Shown one piece after another: positions 28,108 to 37,271 of a DNA stretch of 64,000 bases. How positions within the stretch are numbered: the first letter of the stretch is position 1; each line of letters starts with the position of its first letter. Below the pieces are notes generated by a model. The model saw only the letters and a program-made list of their open reading frames with translations, made no database searches and was not told the origin of the DNA. Origin of the DNA: Promethearchaeota archaeon (GTDB lineage: Archaea > Asgardarchaeota > Lokiarchaeia > Sigyniarchaeales > SOKP01); NCBI GenBank assembly GCA_016840165.1, contig JAEOSU010000029.1:12966-76965 (forward strand), given 5' to 3'. Position numbers and translations under genes: made by a program.

Positions 28108-29034
28108 ATGAATAAAGAAACACTATTAGAAAAATTTCACACTTTTCTAAAGTCTAAAAATTATGAAGGTAGGATTGTATCTGCGAATCATATCCCTGAT
28201 ATACTTAGTGATATTAAAAAACTCCATGATCATAAAGAAATTTATCCAGCACTTTATCAACAATATAAAGATCTTTTTGAGTTTAAACCAGAAGCGAGCT
28301 TTGGTTCTATAAAGTCTCTCATTATTGTAGCTATACCCGTTCCTCAGTTTAAGCTAACCTTTCGATTGAATAATAACGATTTATCAACAATAATTCCTCC
28401 AACCTACCTTTATAGTCAAAAAATAATCGATGAGACTCAAAAATTATTATATAATATTTTTTCTGCTGAAGGGTATAAAGTTGCTTATGCACGAATCCCA
28501 TTTAAAACGCTTGCTGTTCGCAGTGGTTTAGCGAGATATGGGCGTAATAATATTAGCTATATTTCAAATATGGGAAGTTTTTATCGGTTATGCAGTTATT
28601 ATTCAGACTTTAAATCAGAAGAAGATAATTGGCATGAATTAAAGATGATGAATACTTGCGAAAAATGTTCAGCATGCCGCCTTGCTTGTCCCACAGGAGC
28701 CATTTCAAATGATAGATTTTTGTTACACGTTGAGCGATGCCTTACTTATCATAACGAACAGCCCATTGGGGTGGCATTTCCTCAATGGATTGAACGCGAA
28801 TGGCATAATTGTCTTGTTGGATGCCTTAAATGTCAAAGAATTTGTCCTGAAAACAAAATAGTGAAAGATTGGATTGAGATAGGTCCCAGTTTCACACAAG
28901 AAGAAACTGAGCTTTTTCTCAGAGAGATCCCGTTTAATGAACTTCCCGAGCAAACCAAAAGAAAGCTTAAAAAAAGTGAATTGGATGAATATGCCGAAGT
29001 ATTTGCCCGAAATCTTAAGCCATTTTTAAACTGA
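28108..29034 (+). CDS. Epoxyqueuosine reductase (QueG)-like 4Fe-4S protein
   Basis: LAVRSGLARYGRNN...GS; CEKCSACRLACPTGAI; CLVGCLKCQRICP. Confidence 0.8.
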   Translation: MNKETLLEKFHTFLKSKNYEGRIVSANHIPDILSDIKKLHDHKEIYPALYQQYKDLFEFKPEASFGSIKSLIIVAIPVPQFKLTFRLNNNDLSTIIPPTYLYSQKIIDETQKLLYNIFSAEGYKVAYARIPFKTLAVRSGLARYGRNNISYISNMGSFYRLCSYYSDFKSEEDNWHELKMMNTCEKCSACRLACPTGAISNDRFLLHVERCLTYHNEQPIGVAFPQWIEREWHNCLVGCLKCQRICPENKIVKDWIEIGPSFTQEETELFLREIPFNELPEQTKRKLKKSELDEYAEVFARNLKPFLN

Positions 29035-29192
29035 ATAGATAAAATTAAGAAATTAATTATCAATATAATTAAATATTTTAAATGAAAATCTGTCTTTAAT
29101 AATTTAAATAATTTTGAATTAGATTTATTTATATGAAATATATAAAAGACATGAAAAAGTGTAAAATAATTTTTTGAAAACGAGGATCTAAA

Positions 29193-30407
29193 ATGAGTGA
29201 AAACTTAAAAGATTTAATCGATAAAGCGGAGGAAGACGAACATTCAAGAGCAGTAATGGAAAAGACAATCGAAAAGTTGAAACTAGAAGTCAAGAGTTTA
29301 AATGCTAAGTTAGATAGCAAAAAAGAGCCCTTTAAACCTCCCCGATCGCGATTAGAGGAAGAAAGAGAAGACTCGGACGAGATAAAGACATTAAAGGAGA
29401 TGGTGACCTCTCTTAGAGAGGACCTTAATCAAAAGGATCAAGAAAAAGACAAATTGAATGAGAAAGTCAGAGTTTTAACAAAAGAAATGGATGAAATGAA
29501 AGAAAAGGAATCAGACTCTATCAAAGAGGAGATCCTTTTGAAAACACAAAACTCTTTGAATAATCTAATTGAGGATTACAGCAGATTAGAAAAGAATAAT
29601 AAGTTCCTAAAGGAAGAAATTGCGAAACTGCAGCAGGAGATTGATAAAAGTTCAGAAAAGTCTGAACTGACTCAAAGTGAAGGATTAAAGCAAGAAATTG
29701 ATATATTAAAAAACCAAATATCAAGTTTAGAAGATAAAAATAAGTCTCTTATACACAATATCCAACTTTTAGAAAACAAATCCTCTTCATCAGAAGAACT
29801 AGATATCTTAATAGAAAAACTAAAACAAAATAATTCTCAATTAGAAATGGAAAATAAAAGATTAAATGAAAAATTAGAGGAGTTGAAGCGAGATAAGCTA
29901 AGAATCCTTAAATATGAAAAGCAAATTTCAGAATTAAATATGAAAATTAACCAGCTCGAAGAGGCAAATAAGCTACTAAAAAAAAGAGACTCAATATTAT
30001 TAGCAAAAACAATAACTGCTATGGAACCCCAAATAGTAAAAAAAAGTGCTAAAATACAAACACCAGTAGTAAAACCTCTTCAATCGAATATTATTGAGGA
30101 ACTAAAACCCAAAGAACCAAGTAAAGTAGTAGAAGAACAAAAAAAGCCAATTTTAGTTTCACAACCAATTAAAGAAGTATTAAAACAAGCACCAATTCCT
30201 ACATCTGAGGAATACCAAGAATCAATTGAGTCACCAATAGAGGAAGTTGAGGAAGAAGCAACACGTAAATGGCAGTGTCCTCACTGTGGAAATGCAAATA
30301 AAAGCCAAATAAGAGAGTTAGACGATAAAACACGATTAATTTATTCCTATCCGAAAATTTACGCCAAAAAATATATTTGCGGGCAATGTGGGAAAGAGTG
30401 GAGATAA
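29193..30407 (+). CDS. Long coiled-coil protein with C-terminal zinc ribbon
   Basis: About 270 aa of heptads, Pro/Glu/Lys linker, CPHCGN...CGQCGKEW. Confidence 0.75.
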   Translation: MSENLKDLIDKAEEDEHSRAVMEKTIEKLKLEVKSLNAKLDSKKEPFKPPRSRLEEEREDSDEIKTLKEMVTSLREDLNQKDQEKDKLNEKVRVLTKEMDEMKEKESDSIKEEILLKTQNSLNNLIEDYSRLEKNNKFLKEEIAKLQQEIDKSSEKSELTQSEGLKQEIDILKNQISSLEDKNKSLIHNIQLLENKSSSSEELDILIEKLKQNNSQLEMENKRLNEKLEELKRDKLRILKYEKQISELNMKINQLEEANKLLKKRDSILLAKTITAMEPQIVKKSAKIQTPVVKPLQSNIIEELKPKEPSKVVEEQKKPILVSQPIKEVLKQAPIPTSEEYQESIESPIEEVEEEATRKWQCPHCGNANKSQIRELDDKTRLIYSYPKIYAKKYICGQCGKEWR

Positions 30408-30429
30408 AGAAGTAGCGAAGGCAATTGTT

Positions 30430-30906
30430 ATGGCGGAATATCACATTCCTTATAATTTTCGCAAGGATAATCCTATAGAAAAATATGCTGAAGTGAAAAA
30501 GAGTCGCATTCATGGATTAGGTTTATTTGCAAAGGTTCTGATTCCAAAAGGGGCTATTTGGTGGCATGCCCGCCCTCAAGATGTCTTAATTATCTCAAAA
30601 AAACAGTTTTTAACTCTTGATTCATCAAAGAAGGCGAATATAATGGCGAATTTTATGAAATCGCTATTGACATATTCTTATTATGAACGAGATTTAGATG
30701 CGCTTATTTTATGTTTGGATAATTCCCGATATGTGAATCATTCATTTGACGCAAATTCGGGAGCTTCTGAGGATGAGAACGGATTTTTTGCCGTAGCACA
30801 GAAAGATATCTCTGCTGGCGTAGAAATTACCGAAGATTATTCAAAATATAATCTTTGCCCATGGTTAAAGAAATATAAAGAATATTTTGATCCTTCTTGT
30901 TGGTAA
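30430..30906 (+). CDS. SET-domain protein-lysine methyltransferase
   Basis: SRIHGLGLFAK..IPKG, RYVNHSFDAN, AQKDISAGVEITEDY; ATG at 30430. Confidence 0.9.
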   Translation: MAEYHIPYNFRKDNPIEKYAEVKKSRIHGLGLFAKVLIPKGAIWWHARPQDVLIISKKQFLTLDSSKKANIMANFMKSLLTYSYYERDLDALILCLDNSRYVNHSFDANSGASEDENGFFAVAQKDISAGVEITEDYSKYNLCPWLKKYKEYFDPSCW

Positions 30907-31068
30907 ACTATCATTAAAAATTGAAGGAATGGAATTAACTTAACGAAATTAACAAATTATGAATGATCATTCTAAATTTATAAGTTTTTGACAATTACTG
31001 TGCTCCTAATCTTTTTTAAGGTAAAATATATTTATTTGTCTTAATTTACCTAAACAATATCATTCAAA

Positions 31069-32004
31069 TTGAACTTACAAATGGATCTAAAAACAAAATT
31101 AAAAGCTTATTTAGATTTAACGCGAGCACATTTTGCTATTGTATGGCCCTTACTATTTCTATCTGGGTTAATGCTCGCATTCAAGGATTACAATGTATTC
31201 TCATGGTCGCTAGTCATTCGTGTAGTTTTTATTGGACTTTTCGGGTTTGAAGCAGGTATGGTGCTTAACGATATTATTGACAGAAATATTGATAAAAAAG
31301 TAGGAGACAATAAGTTTACTAAGTATTGGCGCCCTTTTAATGAACGTCCTTTAACCTCAGGAATAATTTCACTTAAAGAAGCACTCTCGGTTTTTGTTTT
31401 ATTCGTTTTAATTGCCGCATTTTTAATTGCCACCTTACCATTTCCTAATAATCTCTATGTCTATATTATTATGATATATGCCTACTCAATGGAAGTATTT
31501 TATCAAATAGTAAAAAGAAAACAAAATTTTCCAATAGCCCAATTATTAGGAAGGACTGATTTAGTCTTGTTTCCTGTGGCAGGATATTTATGTTACGGTC
31601 AACCAACTTGCACCATTTTTCTCTATATTCTTTTCTTGTATCCTTGGGCTCAAGCACATTTGGGAGTGAACGATATTGGTGATTATGACAACGACCAAGA
31701 AAAAAACTTGAAAACCATCACAGTCTTATATGGGATAAAAGGAAACTTGCTTTGGATATCAATTTTTACGCTAATAAATATCTCTACAGCCATATTTTTT
31801 ATAATTTTCAGGATGGGCTTAGTTGCATTAGTGGGATTTTCATTATCTTTTGCACTCCTCCTTCTATCAAATATATTCTTGCTTAAAAGGAGAGATCCGG
31901 ATACTGGAATAAAAGTTCTACCCATATTTCATGCAAGTCTTTTGATTTACATCTTATCAATTATTCTCGATTCGATTTTCTATTATCCTTTCTTAATCAG
32001 TTAA
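31069..32004 (+). CDS. UbiA-family prenyltransferase
   Basis: NDIIDRNID, RPLTSG, NDIGDYDND; multi-TM; start may be ATG 31081. Confidence 0.9.
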   Translation: MNLQMDLKTKLKAYLDLTRAHFAIVWPLLFLSGLMLAFKDYNVFSWSLVIRVVFIGLFGFEAGMVLNDIIDRNIDKKVGDNKFTKYWRPFNERPLTSGIISLKEALSVFVLFVLIAAFLIATLPFPNNLYVYIIMIYAYSMEVFYQIVKRKQNFPIAQLLGRTDLVLFPVAGYLCYGQPTCTIFLYILFLYPWAQAHLGVNDIGDYDNDQEKNLKTITVLYGIKGNLLWISIFTLINISTAIFFIIFRMGLVALVGFSLSFALLLLSNIFLLKRRDPDTGIKVLPIFHASLLIYILSIILDSIFYYPFLIS

Positions 32005-32083
32005 AGAAAAATCTAATAATTCTTTTTTTATCTACTTACTTATTCATCATTATTATAAGAATAATTTAGATAGATAGGAAATC

Positions 32084-32638
32084 GTGACTTCTATAGAAGA
32101 ATGGAAAAGTAAAATTGCGCCTAATGTACTCAAAGAGATAGGATTTAAACTTGGGCAAGTAATAGTTGACTTTGGATGTGGAACTGGAATTTATGATGTC
32201 ATTCTTTCAACTATTATCGGACCTAAAGGCAAAATTTATGCTATTGATTCAGATGAAAAAGGATTACTCTCTCAACTCTATAGTGAAATTGATAAACTTA
32301 AATTACAGAATATTGAGGTTATTGAAACCTCTGGAGAGATCGAATTTCCTATACCAGATAAGGTGGCTAATTTTATACTAATCTATGACGTTATGCATAT
32401 AATTAACGAAAATGATAGAGATCCATTAATTAAAGAAGCATCTCGTATGCTCAAGAAAGAAGGAATTATTTCTTATCATGCGACACATGTTGATGGTAAA
32501 AATGATGAGTTTATTCAAGAAATTCATAAATTAATGCAAAATAATGGATTTATTTTGTCAGAGACTTTAAAAAAACCGATGTTTCATTGGTCTTGGATTC
32601 AAGACTCATGGATCTTTAATTATCGTCGAAAAATCTAA
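32084..32638 (+). CDS. Class I SAM-dependent methyltransferase
   Basis: IVDFGCGTG, GKIYAID, RMLKKEG. Confidence 0.88.
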   Translation: MTSIEEWKSKIAPNVLKEIGFKLGQVIVDFGCGTGIYDVILSTIIGPKGKIYAIDSDEKGLLSQLYSEIDKLKLQNIEVIETSGEIEFPIPDKVANFILIYDVMHIINENDRDPLIKEASRMLKKEGIISYHATHVDGKNDEFIQEIHKLMQNNGFILSETLKKPMFHWSWIQDSWIFNYRRKI

Positions 32639-32686
32639 ACTATCATAGGATTTTAAATAAAACTATAAAAAAAAAAGTTAATTAAT

Positions 32687-32980
32687 TTAACCCATTATTT
32701 TCATTGCATCTCGAGCACTAACTAAAACTTCTAATTTAGCTTCAATATGTTCGTTATCAATGAAAGGCTTCATAATCTTGGAGATATCGACAATTGCATC
32801 ATCTCCATGATTCTTTTCTATGTGAATAATATTATATTGTTTCATTCCCTTTTTCCCATCACCAGTTTGTAAAATTTGCCACTTTTTAACATAATCGGGC
32901 ATTTTTGGCATTTTTTTGGCAATATCTATTAAATCTTTTGACATAGATGAAGGATACCATAATATAAAGTTTAAAATCAT
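32687..32980 (-). CDS. Small hypothetical protein (WYP family, paralogue of 56074-56394)
   Basis: GAGGTG SD then ATG 32980; ILWYP...GMKQYNI...LEV. Confidence 0.7.
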   Translation of the reverse strand: MILNFILWYPSSMSKDLIDIAKKMPKMPDYVKKWQILQTGDGKKGMKQYNIIHIEKNHGDDAIVDISKIMKPFIDNEHIEAKLEVLVSARDAMKIMG

Positions 32981-33112
32981 GCAAACACACCTCATAGTGT
33001 ATTTTTAATAACTAGATTTCGCATCTAGTAAGATTAAATTGATTTACAAGGTATTTAAAAGTTTACATTAATGTCCAAAAAATCATTACACAATTACATA
33101 AGATCTTGTTAA

Positions 33113-34135
33113 TCACATTTTTCTGCCACAATATGGGCAGATTTTAGCCGAAAATTCAACCAATTTTCCACAATTTGAACATTTTACTTTAACAAAACCA
33201 TGGTTTGATATTTTAAAGCCAGTAGCTAAATTATCCATAAACTGTGGTATTGAATCATGATCAACCACGACTTCGTCACCATCTACGATGAAATTAAATT
33301 TCTTAGCCCACCTAAATATTTTCTCGAAAAATTCTTTCTCATCCATATCCAATGCTAGTCGCATTGTATCCAACTTAATTTTACTGGATACTGCCAACAT
33401 TGTTTTAATTTGCTTAATCAACTCTCTTTTTTTTTCTTCAATTTGTAGTTGTTCAGTTTCTTTATAGTTTTTCGCTTGATTGATTAATTCATAAAGCTTG
33501 TCAGTTTTTAATTCATCTTGCTTTATTAAACGTGAATTACTCTTCAAGGCAAGATATGAAGTAATTTTCTTCTGAATATTGACAATTTGGATATAAGCCA
33601 CTGAATCTATTAATTCCCTATGGATATCTTTTATTTGAGTGACTTTTTCATGATAGACAGAGTTTTTATTGAAAAATTTAAAGCTTAGACCATTTTCCGT
33701 AAGAATAAGGAAACCTTCATGTAATTTTGCTTTCCAATCGACCTCAGAAGGCACCCCTTTCCAGAATGCTGCTTTCGTTTCATAAAGCACGGGATAATCA
33801 TTTTTATAGGCAGCACGAGTTAATTGTTGAAATAAATATTCTGTAAGGGTTTTTGAACTTTTTAAAGAGCTATTTCCCCTCTTATGAGGATAAAAATTAT
33901 ACTTATTAACTTTATCTATAGTTAATTCGATAGTATGTAGATTACGCCGTTTTCTTATCACAAAATTATCAATTTCTGAGATATTAATCTGAAAAAGAAT
34001 TTGGTCTTTGATTGATTTAAAGGAAAAGGTTCTATCTGTTAATATGATAGTTCCCCGAGACTTTTTTGAAATTAGGGCAAAATAATTTGCTTCCCCTGAA
34101 ACAAAATTGCCATATGATTCAAAAAGGATCACCAT
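33113..34135 (-). CDS. Tandem PH/GRAM-like domains + wHTH-like domain + zinc ribbon protein
   Basis: RGTIILTDRTFSF..QINISEI and EGFLILTENGLSF; IKLDTMRLALDM..FRWAKKFNFIVDG; CSNCG..CPYCG. Confidence 0.6.
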   Translation of the reverse strand: MVILFESYGNFVSGEANYFALISKKSRGTIILTDRTFSFKSIKDQILFQINISEIDNFVIRKRRNLHTIELTIDKVNKYNFYPHKRGNSSLKSSKTLTEYLFQQLTRAAYKNDYPVLYETKAAFWKGVPSEVDWKAKLHEGFLILTENGLSFKFFNKNSVYHEKVTQIKDIHRELIDSVAYIQIVNIQKKITSYLALKSNSRLIKQDELKTDKLYELINQAKNYKETEQLQIEEKKRELIKQIKTMLAVSSKIKLDTMRLALDMDEKEFFEKIFRWAKKFNFIVDGDEVVVDHDSIPQFMDNLATGFKISNHGFVKVKCSNCGKLVEFSAKICPYCGRKM

Positions 34136-34391
34136 TTCAAATTCAATAAAAAAGTTCTACCCATATATAATTTTGCATTCCAAAGTATGAAGAATCTCAT
34201 TTAAAATCGAGCCTACTATGTTGAAACGAAATGATACTTTTAATTTTGCGCAATAAAATAAAAAAAAATACGGAAAACCGAGAATTAATAAAAACCATAA
34301 ATCTTCCATAAAGAATTTTTACTAATTTTCTATCTTTTCTCTTTATTCCCTTTATTTAACTACTTTTTGACACTTTTTTAATTACTTAGAA

Positions 34392-34646
34392 TTAATAATC
34401 GCGTCTTCGTGATCTATGACTCTTACGTGGACCTTCTTCAATAACCTTAATGTCTATGGCTTGGGGGCCTTTATCACCCTCAGAAACAGAGAATTCTACG
34501 ACATCTCCTTCATAGATAGTTTTAAACTCGCCCTCATCTCCCTTAATGGCAGAATAATGAGCGAAGATATCACCAGAACCATCATCTTGAGTTATAAATC
34601 CGTAACCCTTTCGGGCGTCGAACCATTTAACTTTACCAGTTGGCAT
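34392..34646 (-). CDS. cspA: Cold-shock domain protein
   Basis: GKVKWFDARKGYGFI, DIFAHYSAI, KGPQA; Arg-rich tail. Confidence 0.95.
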   Translation of the reverse strand: MPTGKVKWFDARKGYGFITQDDGSGDIFAHYSAIKGDEGEFKTIYEGDVVEFSVSEGDKGPQAIDIKVIEEGPRKSHRSRRRDY

Positions 34647-34811
34647 TACAAAAAACCTTTGTGTACATTAGAGCACATTCAATTACAATGCACTCTTCAA
34701 GTGATAATAAATTATTGGTATGTAATAAAAATTGTGGTATTAGAATCAAATTTGTATTACAATCTATGTTATAAGGAAAATTATAAATAGTCCTCAAATA
34801 AAAACTATATT

Positions 34812-35633
34812 ATGCCATTTGTAGAAGTTAATGGAATTAAATTGTATTATGAAGTTCATGGAGACGGATATCCCTTATTCATACTTCATGGCTACGGAGC
34901 GACAAGTAAAGTATGGATTGGTCAAATTGATGCTCTTTCAAAAAATTATAAAGTCATTGCTTATGATCAACGAAGTTCGGGAAACTCTGACCATCCCAGT
35001 GAAGATTATACCTTGGATACCTTAGTAGAAGATTTAAAAGGATTAATGGACTTTTTGAAGATAGATAAGGCTCATCTTATGGGGCAATCTATGGGTGGGT
35101 GGGTGTCTCAAAATTTCGCACTTAAATATCCGGATAGAGTAAATAAATTAGTGTTAATTGGTACAAATCATAAAGGAGCGGGATTATATATTCTTAAGAA
35201 TACATTAATTGACCTTTATGAACTGGCACAAACTAGTAAGGAAGAAGCATTCTGGAAATATGCGAAATTGATGCATCATAGAAATTTTTTAAAAGAAATG
35301 AAAGCAGATCCAAAGAAAAAGTTTTATGGATTATGGTCAACTGAAGATTTAATGGAAGAACTTACAGAGAATAAGATGACTCCAGATGATTATGAGCGAT
35401 TCGAAAAAGCAGGTTCTATGCATAACCTTTTAGATCGATTACCTGAGGTAAAACATCCAGCGATAATAATTGGTGGTTCTAACGATAAAATGTCTCCTAA
35501 GCTCGTTATGGATGAGATGCATGCCAAACTTCCTAATAGTACTATAAAGATCTTTGAAAATTCAGGGCATCATGTATTCATCGAAAGAGCACCAGAGGTA
35601 AATGATTTAATAATCGACTTTCTAAATAAATAA
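34812..35633 (+). CDS. Alpha/beta-fold hydrolase
   Basis: LHGY, GQSMGG nucleophile elbow, GSNDK, SGHH. Confidence 0.92.
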   Translation: MPFVEVNGIKLYYEVHGDGYPLFILHGYGATSKVWIGQIDALSKNYKVIAYDQRSSGNSDHPSEDYTLDTLVEDLKGLMDFLKIDKAHLMGQSMGGWVSQNFALKYPDRVNKLVLIGTNHKGAGLYILKNTLIDLYELAQTSKEEAFWKYAKLMHHRNFLKEMKADPKKKFYGLWSTEDLMEELTENKMTPDDYERFEKAGSMHNLLDRLPEVKHPAIIIGGSNDKMSPKLVMDEMHAKLPNSTIKIFENSGHHVFIERAPEVNDLIIDFLNK

Positions 35634-35802
35634 ATTTTTTTTTTTCTAAATCTTCATTTCTGTAAATGAAGGGAAATATTCCTACCAAAACAGTTTTCAT
35701 TAAATCGATACTTAAGCTTTTTTAAGGCGTATAACTAATTTTAATGTAATTATATGTTTTATTATTTGAAATAGTCAATATCTGTAGAAACTGAGAAAAT
35801 TT

Positions 35803-36348
35803 ATGGCCGATTTAAAAGATCTTACAGTTCCTCTTTTAGATAAATTAGCAAAAGAATGCTATATTACCTTCAAAAGTGGCGATAAAAAAAAAGATAAAAT
35901 TAGAAAAATCGATGAAGCAGATATCGACCCATTGCGGTTACAATCTCTTATAAATAAGTATGCCGGTAAAAGAAAGAAATCAAAAAGAATCTCCTCGGAT
36001 CAATTTTCCGAATTAAAAGGAAGGATCAAATTATTAGAGGAACAGGTAAAATTTTTGATGTCAAAAATTTCTTTTAGTGAAATTGAACTACTGGAGGAAG
36101 AAAATCGCAATGTCATAACAATATCAAGTGATTTAGGAGATATTAAACGATTTATCACATCTATCATTTCACCTGGTGAATCAATAACAATTGATGAATT
36201 AATCGAAATAAAACAACTTCAAAAAATCCCATTAATCACTCTAAAACACGTCATATATGATCTAATTGACGAAAACGTATTTGAGGCAATAGAGGGAAAT
36301 TCACGACAAAAAATTGGTAATAAAGTTGGAATGTTAAAAAGGATTTAA
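35803..36348 (+). CDS. Hypothetical protein, possibly nucleic-acid binding (SAP/Rho-N-like N-terminus, coiled coil, wHTH-like C-terminus)
   Basis: LKDLTVPLLDKLAKE...KKKDKIRKI; LKGRIKLLEEQV; ITIDEL...IYDLIDENVF. Confidence 0.5.
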   Translation: MADLKDLTVPLLDKLAKECYITFKSGDKKKDKIRKIDEADIDPLRLQSLINKYAGKRKKSKRISSDQFSELKGRIKLLEEQVKFLMSKISFSEIELLEEENRNVITISSDLGDIKRFITSIISPGESITIDELIEIKQLQKIPLITLKHVIYDLIDENVFEAIEGNSRQKIGNKVGMLKRI

Positions 36349-36588
36349 AATCTAAGTGATTATAGTACCTTTGGTATCTTAACTAAATCTTATGTTGAAT
36401 CTGTCTTACATATATCTCCTAAATATTGTATTGCTCTTACAGAGGAATATATTAATACAACGATGCAATTTGCTTTGAAACTCTTTGAATTAGGTTATAT
36501 TGATCAAAAACTCGAAGTAAGTGATATTTTTGAGTCTAAATTTGTAAAGCAAATCCATCATGAACGTAGCCATTATGGTAATCTATAA
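36349..36588 (+). pseudogene. Start-less remnant resembling the C-terminus of a NitT/TauT-type ABC substrate-binding protein
   Basis: 79 open codons: ...VLHISPKYCIALTEEYINTTMQF..LFELGYI..LEVSDIFESKFVKQIHHERSHY*; family recalled from memory. Confidence 0.5.
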
Positions 36589-36623
36589 GAAAAAAATTTA
36601 ATTAATCATACATCTAACAAATT

Positions 36624-37271
36624 ATGGATTTTTTAACGATCTTAATTACGTATGGAATCTTATTTGTTGGAGAATTAGGCGATAAAACACAATTAATAGT
36701 TTTCAATCTTGCGTTAGAATATCCAAAATTTTATAAAGTTGGGATTGGCGCGTCGTTAGGGTTTGCTGTCATAGTAACCCTTGGAGTATTTTTTGGGGCG
36801 CTCATTACTGCGTTTATTCCTGTTTTCATTATATCTATAATTTCTGGGATTATATTCATAGTTATCGGATTATTAGAGAGTCGTAATTTGAAATCTCTCT
36901 ATAAAGAGAATAAGCGAGGTAAATCAAACTCTCAAAGTCCAGTTAATAATATAAGTTCAGAGGAATCTTTAGAAATTACTAAAAAAAGCAAATTTGCGAA
37001 ATTAAAAAAAAATCCCTACTTAGCGGGATTTTTTGCCATTTTTATTATGGAGTTAGGAGATAAAACTCAACTTTTAACAATAACTCTTGCTTCCATATAT
37101 GCTGCACCAATAGAAGTGTGGCTTGGATCATTTTTAGCTCTAATAACTGTCGCTTGGATAGGTATTTTATTAGGCGGATTTATTGCGCGAAAAGTTTCAA
37201 AGTTTTATTTAAAACTAATTTCAGTAGCTCTCTTTATATTTGTGGGGGTATTGATATTATTTACCATTTAA
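36624..37271 (+). CDS. GDT1/TMEM165 (UPF0016) Ca2+/Mn2+ transporter
   Basis: Two ELGDKTQL motifs, each followed by three TM segments. Confidence 0.95.
   Translation: MDFLTILITYGILFVGELGDKTQLIVFNLALEYPKFYKVGIGASLGFAVIVTLGVFFGALITAFIPVFIISIISGIIFIVIGLLESRNLKSLYKENKRGKSNSQSPVNNISSEESLEITKKSKFAKLKKNPYLAGFFAIFIMELGDKTQLLTITLASIYAAPIEVWLGSFLALITVAWIGILLGGFIARKVSKFYLKLISVALFIFVGVLILFTI

Noticed and set aside
28108-29034. Assigning queG or a reductive dehalogenase
   Set aside because: The motifs only place it in the QueG-like Fe-S/cobalamin superfamily; no que genes, Tat signal or anchor gene is nearby.
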